A DNA stretch of 58,899 nt, counting the filler, from Dirinaria sp. TL-2023a (Eukaryota): NCBI GenBank assembly GCA_051941275.1. It is 6 parts of 6 records of this genome, joined end to end, with 100 filler letters (N's around TTAATTAATTAA, not from the genome) between each part and the next. Parts side by side here need not be neighbours in the genome. Positions count along the whole stretch, not along the records: positions 49,189 to 58,899 come from JAVEBF010001012.1; 5 more parts are not named here. The stretch is one strand, 5' to 3'. Under the pieces are notes generated by a model. That model did no database searches. It was not told the origin of the DNA and saw nothing but the letters and a program-made list of their open reading frames with translations. The position numbers and the translations under genes were made by a program. Below, piece after piece: positions 50,061 through 58,899 of the stretch (its first letter is position 1; every line of letters starts with the position of its first letter).

Positions 50061-50931
50061 ATGCAGTTCGCAAATATCTTGCTCGTCGGTGCCTCCTTTC
50101 TCGGCGCGGCTCTGGCCCAATCTACGATCGCATTTACCACCTTGCCTTCTGCTGTCCAGGCTGGTGTGCCCTTCACTCTGAAATGGGCCGGCGGCCAAGA
50201 TGATGTGAGTTCCAGATGCTGCTAGAATTCACGGTCACGACTGACCAAGGCGCAACAGCAACCTGTTACCCTTACTCTTAAGAACGGCCCTTCGACCAAC
50301 TTGCAATATGTCGCAACCATTGCGCGTGAGTATCTTCAGTCAGACATTGAAGCGCAACGCCTTTTCTGACAATCTATTAGCCAGCGTCAAAGGCAACTCG
50401 TTCACGTGGACCCCTTCAAGTTCGCTGCCGAATGGCGAATACGCGCTCCAGATCTCTCAAGGTGTCGACGAAGTCAACTATTCGGGCATGTTCTCCCTGA
50501 GCGGTGGTTCCACCGCGGCTGCTTCCACCACGGCCGCTTCAAGCGCCTCGTCTTCTGCCGCCGCCACCTCCGCAGCCTCGCTTTTGCCCATCGTCGTTCC
50601 GTCACGCAATGGCACCTCTTCGCCGAGCAACTCCACCAGCAATTCCACAGTTCCCACTACCACCCTGCTCCCTGGAACTGGTGTTGTCGCGTCTGGAGGT
50701 AGCTCAGCTGCCACCGGTACCGCCTTGCAGCGCAACACCACCCTGAGCAAGGCCACCCTTACCGGTACTAAGACCACATCCACTGGCCCAGCATCAACAA
50801 CCGCCGCTGCGACTACTGCAGGAGGCTCCACCGGCAGCTCAACGCCAAAACCAACAAGTGCTGCCATTCAAGTCGGCAGCCCGATCGCCCTGATCCTGAG
50901 TGTGTTCGCTGCTGTTGTATACTTGGGTTAG
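50061..50931 (+). CDS. GPI-anchored Ser/Thr-rich cell-wall protein with Kre9/Knh1-like N-terminal domain
   Basis: Signal peptide; AGVPFTLKW, VTLTLKNG, SFTWTP, YALQI, NYSGMF; S/T stalk; TSAA omega region and hydrophobic tail; predicted introns 50205-50258 and 50326-50380. Confidence 0.9.
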
Positions 50932-51479
50932 AACTAGGTGCGAGTGACTTGATATTTTTATGAGTGCACTTAGCATGCCGTGTAATGTGGGTTTTGTTCC
51001 GGAGTCTATGGTACTCCATTTCGTGCAATTCGGGTGGCCAAGGTGCTATGGTGCGAAATGTTTACCATTCTTGTATCTACCTTTATGCTACTGCGGTAGC
51101 TAGGATAGTCTACTAATACAAAAGCTTTCGCTCGATGACATATTGAAGGCTTGCATCGAATACATTGTTCTGCCAATTACTCCCGAAAGTCCGGTCATTG
51201 AGGTAGGTACAGAGTAATGACTTGAGTGCCATCGTATCAATGAGGCCAACAGAGTATTTCGTCATCTTAGCGCTTTATGCAGAAGCACTACTGGCCCTGG
51301 GATTTGAAGTGTATATTTGTCATGCGGCATTCGAACGCTGAATCTGAAAATGCGACAGTCGTCGCCTTGATATTCAAAAAGATCATATATCTACAGAGCC
51401 AATATTCATTCCTGGCATGAATCTCTCGGCACCAAAGGTCTACGGAGCTTTCCCTATACCTCCCGCACGGCTCACCCCT

Positions 51480-52302
51480 TCAATAAGTACTGCTCCCTGG
51501 TATCTCTGACGGCTTAATCTGGCTCTCGTCCGCCCATCGGCTGAGCTCGTTCTCCCGCCCTTCGTAGATAGCTTGCGCCTTCCTCTCACGCTTTTCCTGC
51601 GCCTCGACGTTCCGCTTCCGGTAATGCTCTATCAGTTCATCTAGATTGGCCTGGTGGCCAGCGGGGACGTTGTATGGAGAGCCGGTGCTGAAGATCCTGT
51701 TGGTCATCAGTTTTGAATACTTCTCCCCTTATCCTGATAGTTGTCGCCTAAAACCCTCTCATGCTCTCCGAGAGATAAAGCCATCAAAGTATACCGAGTG
51801 GTCAACGGAAAGTACAAGGAGACGACGACAAAACGTACTCCGGGAACCGCAACTCGACCCTCACCCCCGGCTGCTTCTTCTCATTGAAGGCCTCCCCTTG
51901 GAACAAATGCCGGTCATGCGCCGCCTGCTCGATCATGACCGTGTGCAGCGAGTTCCTCCTCTCCCACTCCTTGCCCCAGTGGTCATAGCTCGCTATGATC
52001 CGCGTCAACCAGGGTTGTTCTTTGGCGTTTGGGTCCGAGACATTGGGGTTCGAGGAGCGGCTGAATTTGTATAGGGCGAAGGACAGAGGTACAAGTGCGA
52101 GGGTCACGTAGAAACCTCGACCGAGGGATTCGTTTACGGGTTCTGGATGAGGAGGGGGCGGAGGGGAACCAGAGTGCTGGCCCGCAGAGTCGAAGTGCCC
52201 GGTCGAGGTGTCTTGGCGGCCGGTGATGGATTCGTAACGGCGTGGAGGTTGGCGGAGGAGACGGCTACTCAGGCGACGAGCGCTTTGGCGGATTATGAGC
52301 AT
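51480..52302 (-). CDS. NADH:ubiquinone oxidoreductase 17.8-kDa accessory subunit (fungal NUO-17.8)
   Basis: Arg-rich presequence, PVNESLGRGFY + TM, WERRNSLHT..EQAAHDRHLF, ELRFPE|IFSTGSPYNVPAG; predicted intron 51697-51838. Confidence 0.85.
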
Positions 52303-52632
52303 GATTGTAGCCTGGCCGAAGGTCAATGGCTTTTGGTGATCAATGGGTTGTTGGTAGTTTGTACTTTTACCGTTGGAGGTTCAATGGGGAACGCTTAGTC
52401 ATGAACGCTTGACCAATAGGACGATAGCTGCTAGGCGACGAGATTTCGAGTGGTTTACGGACTGGACAAGTGTACCATTTCGGCTTTTCCACCTACTTCC
52501 TTGAAGAGCGATTAGAGTCATCGCAGGAGGTCGGGTAGGTACATAAGTGGCATTCTTTCCCTTGCACTATGTAGCTCCTTTGCTCTCCTTCACACAACAA
52601 GGCGCTTTCAGAATCTCGCATCTCCTTCTCCA

Positions 52633-53865
52633 ATGGCTAAACAAAACATCTTGTCTGTCATAATAACGTATCTTTCTCTTGCTTTCGGCTTGCTTGACAC
52701 AGCACCTTCGCCAAAAGCCTCGACAGATTTGATATGTCACACGAACCACGCCTCGGAATGCTATCCAAGCATCTTCCAACCCGCGGAGAAGTTTCAAGTC
52801 GTTCATGACGACCAGGCGCTGCCACCAGGGCTCCATGTTCGCATGAACCTCGCAACAGGAGTCAAGGAAGCCAGATTAAACGTCCCCGAGCCTGAGAGTG
52901 GTCATTCGGATCTCGTTATCATTGATGAGCCTGAGGAGCCCGAAGCGCCTCCGGGACCACCAACGCATCACGGTCAAGCTGTCTTCAGTGGCAGAGCACC
53001 GCGTGTAAGACCACCGCGGTTTGATGCAGACGAGGCTGCCACATTCCATAGGAGCATAACGGCCTTGAAATCGGCATCAGTCAACTCCGAAGAGCTTGTC
53101 CCTGCATTAACCGACCTCCAAGAACTCGTCCACTCGCAAGATTGGGGTCTAGCACTCACCAAGGATAGCCATCTTACTCGCTTCCTTGTGCAAATATTCA
53201 GAGATGTCTCTTCTAAGCTGGCGATTCGTTCTCTTTCTGCGTTGCTTCTGGCGACGGCGATCCAAAACAATCCGGAAGCTCTCTCTGCGGCGCTTGCCCA
53301 CTTCTATAAGGATGAATGGCCAACGAGTCCGCTTGATGCGGTTTTTCTTGCCCTGTTGCACGAGTCGAGCCCACAATTTCTGATCAGAACTATGTTTTTG
53401 CTTCACGCGCTCTGTCAGGACCCGAAGCAGTTGGCTCAGTTTGCCAATTCGGGGGGCATGCCTTTGCTATTGACACTTTTGAATGCAGATGATGCTGGGC
53501 AAGATGACAAGGATAAATTGAGGGGGAAAATCGCCAATTTTGTCGTGGATTACCTGGACCAACTCGACCACCTGGCTATGAAAACAGATATTGGAGATGG
53601 CGCACATAGCCGGGGAGAAGCTAAAAAACCATCAGAATACCAGGATGACTGGGAACTAGTAGCAGATCCTGAGAAAACTGCTTTGAATGGGCACAAGGAC
53701 CTTGATCAGGACGCTTGGAAACCGCTTCTGCAGGAATATTGTTCTGCCTTTCAGAAGTGTATCGAAAGATTTTCCAGTAATTACAAGAACCACGATGGTA
53801 TCGCGGCTCTAGACAGCATCATGGATGCTTATGAAAAAACAAGAAAGAGGATGGAGAGGCCCTAG
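52633..53865 (+). CDS. SIL1: ER nucleotide-exchange factor for BiP/Kar2
   Basis: Signal peptide; LICH..CYP.IFQP..FQVVHDDQALPPGLHVRMNL.TG.KEARLN; ARM-like AIQNNP. Confidence 0.9.
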   Translation: MAKQNILSVIITYLSLAFGLLDTAPSPKASTDLICHTNHASECYPSIFQPAEKFQVVHDDQALPPGLHVRMNLATGVKEARLNVPEPESGHSDLVIIDEPEEPEAPPGPPTHHGQAVFSGRAPRVRPPRFDADEAATFHRSITALKSASVNSEELVPALTDLQELVHSQDWGLALTKDSHLTRFLVQIFRDVSSKLAIRSLSALLLATAIQNNPEALSAALAHFYKDEWPTSPLDAVFLALLHESSPQFLIRTMFLLHALCQDPKQLAQFANSGGMPLLLTLLNADDAGQDDKDKLRGKIANFVVDYLDQLDHLAMKTDIGDGAHSRGEAKKPSEYQDDWELVADPEKTALNGHKDLDQDAWKPLLQEYCSAFQKCIERFSSNYKNHDGIAALDSIMDAYEKTRKRMERP

Positions 53866-53991
53866 GAAGGGTTAGCAGGGTTAGCATCAATGATTTTGAT
53901 GCGTCTTACGCATATTGGACTATCACCGCCATTTTATGACCCTAGCTCCAGGTCAGCTTAGTCGTCCCATTCTCGACGATGGTTCTCGGTA

Positions 53992-54504
53992 TTAGTTGGC
54001 GGCATTCTCTTTGGCACCATTCTGTCCCTCGAATTTCTCCTCTTGCCCCTCGTTGGCCCCCTTCTCTTCACCTTTCTCTTCCCCCTCCTTTTCCCCCTCT
54101 CCTCCTTTCCCCTCTCCTTCCGCCGCTTCCTTCTCCCCATCCTCCCCGTTTTCCTCTTGTGCTTGTTCCCCGTCAAATTCAGTGGCAATGCTGTGCAGTA
54201 GGCTCCGATAGAGCCCTCTACACTGTTCATCCGACCAATCGCCATTGAACCGGTGGCGAAGAGCCCCTGGTTCCGGGTCGGCGCTGCCGACCTTGCCCAC
54301 CTCATATAAGGCCAGGGAAAGGATCATCTCTTTGATATCCATTTAGTCTGCTGCTAGCCTCGTCAGCATACTGTGCTACAGGTCAAGGACCATGGAAAGC
54401 CTGTGAAAAGCCTATATATCAAGATGATCAACCGGTGGAGAACCTAAAAAGGCCCAGTGCCAGTATTTAGGATTGAGGAAATATCCTTTCCAAGGCCGAT
54501 GCAT
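53992..54504 (-). pseudogene. Pseudogene carrying one copy of an unrecognised ~50-aa domain plus an E/G/K-rich tail
   Basis: ATG 54504 is in frame with ORF 53992-54342 through three stops (TAG 54412, TAG 54376, TAA 54343); similar to 56500-56670. Confidence 0.65.
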
Positions 54505-54572
54505 GTTGAGGAGAAGAAAAAAATTTGGAGGACCAAGATTTGAAACTTTGCCCATAATTCCAGACTTGACGG

Positions 54573-54771
54573 CACTTGAACACGTGAACTCGTGAACTCG
54601 TGAACAGTCAGAAATGAGCTTTAAACGAGGTGGAGGAAATTCTTAACTGGAATAAAGAGGACTATGTGCACACATGAACACATAATTCCCACAGTGGGGT
54701 TTTCACCGGTTTCCCAGCTTACAAGGTTAAGTTTGGATATTGGCGGGCATGTGAACACGTGAACACGTGAA
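54573..54771. repeat. Clusters of 8-bp tandem repeats C(A/T)CGTGAA
   Basis: CACTTGAA-CACGTGAA-CTCGTGAA-CTCGTGAA (54573-54604), CACATGAA (54671), CATGTGAA-CACGTGAA-CACGTGAA (54748-54771). Confidence 0.8.
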
Positions 54772-55787
54772 AACACAAATTCAAATTATTTTGATGCCGT
54801 CTGATTCAGTACGAGACGAAAACACAGAAAATTCTTTGTCCAAGAAAAATAACTTACGAATTGCTCTACTTCTCTACAATATCTTAGCTCTTAATGCTAA
54901 GAAGCAGTGATGAGTTTGAATTCCGAATAGAGCGATGGTGGAGTACTATCGAAGTCAGCACCGGTTCCATTATCTTTTCATTCTCGTATCATCTCTTGAT
55001 ATCTGTCTTTATATAGAAAGCTCTGGAATCGACATCCACAGCAAGACTCGAAGGGGGAAGAACTTACAAGTGGCGCTGAGAACGGTGGTTACAGAAGAAA
55101 AGAAGAAACAGAAGGAGGAGATCTCAGAAGGCAGATAACATTTCACTTCACTACAGCAATTACCGCCCTCCTTTAAACGCCCTTCGCTTAAGATAGGTGG
55201 AGCAGGGGGTGGGTGGCAAATTGCCAATGAATCAGAATCCACGATCAACACTTTGGTGCCTTATCTTGAAGGAATTCCAGGAGTAAGATCTTATATGCTA
55301 TGCTACGCTTCATCTGTTTTTGCTATATATGCCATGCTCTTAAGAGGATGTTAATCCGATGTACATCATCAGCAACTTCCGATGCTGGCCATGGGGAGGA
55401 TCACTATGATAATAGGTAGTAATAGAAGCAATGATCCCAGCTGGCATAACCTCTGTGGTCTTCTTATCTAGGTAAGCTTTCAAACACTATCATCTTTGTT
55501 CAAGCCTTACACAACGCATGATCTTGATCATGCTGACAAGCAGCCGACGAACGAGTACGTCCAAGAGCATCGAGAAAACGATCCATGAACATAAATCAAA
55601 AACTTCTAAGATCAGTCTAGAGACACCTGTGCTCCGCTCATTCTTATTAGCACATGTGACCCAGAAAAAAAAAAAGAACATGCCGCGTATGAATGATCCA
55701 TACCCAAGGCATTATTCTGAAGCAGTATATATAAACCCGGAGCCACAGTGATTTCCATCCGGGGAGGATCAGTCGCAGTGGAGAGGT

Positions 55788-57019
55788 TCAGGTAGCCCTC
55801 CTCGTACCGGGAGACGGTTGCCACCTTCGGCGCGGAGGTTTCAGCAGCGTACAAGAACGGGTTGGGACCGCACGGATTTCTATTCTCTCCTCCTTCCCGC
55901 GCTCTCCTTCCGCCTCTCCCTCGTTCCCATCTTTGTCTTCCTTTCCCTCTTCCTGATACTCGGCAAATTCCTTGCGAATCAAGTGGAGGAAATACGTATA
56001 GGTTTCCTCCGCGTATTGGTCGAACTACATGGGTTCCGACAAAATAATTTGGCAATTCTTTGGTTCTGGGCTGACTGTCTTCGAGTACTAGGACTAAGAT
56101 AGGCGTGATATATCTGTTTTACTCGATAGACTTCAGTGCAGGCTGTTTCTTGCTCCAGGTCGATTTCGCCGATCAAGTTCGCTGCGGCCGCCAGAGCGCT
56201 GCAAAAGAGCTGAATTAATCTCTCTTCGGTTTTCAACTTCTCGTGAAGCTTTTTTTTGCGATTGTATTCAGCAGGCTCTGATAGAGCCATTTGCATTGTT
56301 CATTCGATATATTGCTGTCTTCGAATCAAGGACGAAATTTTTTTCTTTTCAGTTGACTTTGTCGATCGAGTTTTCCTGTTTGCAGAGCCGAGTAAGAAAT
56401 TTTAACCCTCCTCCCTCTCCTCCCCTCTTCTGTCCCTCCTCTACTTCCTTCACTCTTGTTTCCCCTTTTTCCTCCTTTATCTCCTCTCTCCCCACTTCTT
56501 CCTCTTGCTCCCCATCAAATTCTCTCGCAATGCTGTGCAGGAGGCTCTGATAGAGCCTGCTGCACTTTTCGTCCGACACATCGCCATTGAACCAGTGGCG
56601 AAGAGCCCCTGGTTCCGCGTCGGCTTTGCCCACCGAGGCCAGAGACCACAATCCAAAACAGAGGTGAGTATCCCTTACTTCAGCCTCGGTGACGCTATAC
56701 ATTTCTGGCTCTGCAGTCGAATTTGCCGTCCAAGACCACCACATATACCCCCCCAAAAAAGGAAGGAAAGCGGAAAGCTGATGAGAGGAGGTTTCGCTCG
56801 TTTTGAACTTCCAGAGACTCAAAGAAGTCGTCTAGTTTGCATTCTTTCGAAGCTCCAATCTGGCTCACTTCCGTTTGCTTCTGATGGGTCCATGATCGGA
56901 TCCTGTTCGAGCGTTTCCGAGGATCTGTCTGGCTCTTTTTTTGTCATTGGTGCCTCGCTCAGAGATGACGCTAGCTGTTTCGACTTCGTTTGGCTGTTGG
57001 GACTCGGTTTCCGGGCCAT
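55788..57019 (-). pseudogene. Degenerate gene with three tandem copies of the same ~50-aa domain
   Basis: Copies WFNGDVSDEKCSRLYQSLLHSIAREF, *FEDSNISNEQCKWLYQSLLNTIAKK and YFVGTHV/FDQYAEETYTYFLHLIRKEF lie in different frames; 5' boundary uncertain. Confidence 0.6.
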
Positions 57020-58899
57020 GTAAAAGTCTTGCAAATACGCGAGAGCCAAGTATCTCTTATTTCGGCCTTGATGGTGCTGTGAGCTCCTAGTACCTAAAGT
57101 CGACTTCGCGGACCGAGTCTACTGCGGCTTTCGAAGATTTCTAGGAAGGAAGGAAGTTGATATTAATGATGATGTCGTTCATGTTTCTATGGCATGTTCG
57201 TATATACTATAAAATGCCCATAAAATACACTCTAATTCATATCAGTCTGATAATCTTCTTAGATTCGCGGAAATGAATTGTACCTACCTGCTCGTTCTTC
57301 TCACTTGTGGTCTGGACTGGTCCTGAGTCTAAGAATAATCGTCGAATTCTTCCAGACTCTAAGTCAACTTTTTCAATCGAGATCACAGTTAAAGACCACG
57401 ACTTAATGCCCCGTCAAGAGAAGAGCGTTGCACAAGGTAACTCAGAAGCTTGCAGCGATCGAAGAATACGATCACGAACACGGCCTGATCTGAAGTCAGT
57501 CTGAGAGTGAGGCTCTTACTCAAAGACAGAGACGAGTAGCTCTTACTTCGACCTTAAACAACGCCGCAAAATTTCTAATTGCGAATCTGGTTTCGTCAAC
57601 CGAGTCTCCTGCCGCGAGAGGCGGAGCGAGAAAAGATAATGGCTGTATGATTCTCTCGAGGTGCGTTGCTGCTTCGTTGAGAGAAATCTTTTGATGATGG
57701 ACATCATGTTTCAACCCAAATATTATATATGCTCATATCAATTCACGAAGTGTACTCTAATTCATATCATTACAATTCTTCTCCACATCCGCAGGAGAGG
57801 GGGAGGTATACATACATGTACCTATCGCAACAGGAAAGTTTCTTCTATTCTCCTCATTTCTAAGTCGAGTCCCATCGCTTACCGCCTGATTGGGAATCAG
57901 GTCCAAACAGTTCTGGTTGTGCGTCGAAGGTCATGGCATTGCATTTAATGTAATGGAAAGGGATGATGTCTCTCATATCCGGGATATTCGTACGCCGAGA
58001 GGCGCGGTTTGTTTTGTTGGATTCAGTTTTAGATGAGAGTTTTTAAAAGAACTTTGGAAAAGGGTATATTTTATACGGAGGCTGTTTCATTCAGCATGGA
58101 TTTCGGGTCATTTGTTTTCGCTTTTCTATGCTGAGTTTTTCTCGGTTGATGCTGCAACGCGTGTGCTTTCTCTTTTCCTTCTTCCTCCACTCCTCGTCCC
58201 CCTTTTGTCTCTTTCATCGCCGAGCACAACCTACAACGCAAGGGAGAGGCGCATCTTCCTCATAGCTCCATTTCCTTTCGCTGTCATTTCAAAAACATCA
58301 TTCTCCGCGGACTCTGATTATCGGGATATCCAATCTGAAACGGATACTGCAGGGCTCGGAAATTATCGAAGAGGTTTCTTGCAGCAAGGATCGCGCTGGT
58401 GTACGGTGAGAGCTCAAATCTCTCTGTTTTCCGTATTTTTGAAGTGGTAGTTTATGTTTATGCTTCTGATGAGTAGAGGAAGGGGATCTATATAGTCTTA
58501 AAATGGAATTCGAGAGTCTCTTCGATGAGCTCGTTGAGGATTGTGTGATGAGAGCTTGGATTTAGCGAGGCTTGGTTGGGTTTGTGTTTTTGAAGTGGGA
58601 TTTTATGTCTTGACTCTTGAGGATTAGAGTCAGGGCATCTATATCGTATTGTATTAATGAAATCAAACAGTGTCTTCATTCGAACGCGAAATAATTTCTG
58701 ACGTGAGCAGTGAGCTCGTTGACGACAATGTTTCCAGCAATATATCGATTATCAAATCATCGTCGATGCTGAGAAAGAGTGATTGCGTCAGCATTCGCTC
58801 TACGATTTCTCGATGAATAAGATCTCTGTAAAAGATCCCGCTCTGCCCTTGTTCTCAAAGCGATGATTTGAGACTTAACGTCTAAGAAAAAGTCATGAA

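Noticed and set aside
57380..57520. LTSDQAVFVIVFFDRCKL as a third member of the 22290/23447 family
   Set aside because: Resemblance is limited to a few residues and LGYxP is absent

Overview
Filamentous ascomycete (Pezizomycotina-type) genomic DNA with short GT-AG introns. The window is not one locus: six contigs of about 9.7 kb (1-9754, 9855-19606, 19707-29452, 29553-39272, 39373-49088, 49189-58899), in descending size order, are joined by identical artificial 100-nt linkers (N44-TTAATTAATTAA-N44). Gene neighbourhood is therefore only meaningful within a contig. Recognisable genes: a BBC1-like SH3 protein, RTR1/RPAP2, MRP51, class II chitin synthase, a SET methyltransferase, a cytochrome P450, a PQ-loop protein, an MpaB/DUF2236 oxygenase, LRO1, MAK3, YCS4, CDC7, a partial RPL28 (absent from the ORF track), a GPI wall protein, the complex I 17.8-kDa subunit and SIL1. 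The most interesting signals are in accessory stretches: a decayed caspase-fold (His/Cys) gene; a secreted Kex2-site polyprotein with a KKEDD tract; a tandem pair of divergent HTH-like orphans, one broken by a single TAG; and an unrecognised ~50-aa domain present in four degenerate copies. All family assignments come from motif recognition by eye, not database searches.
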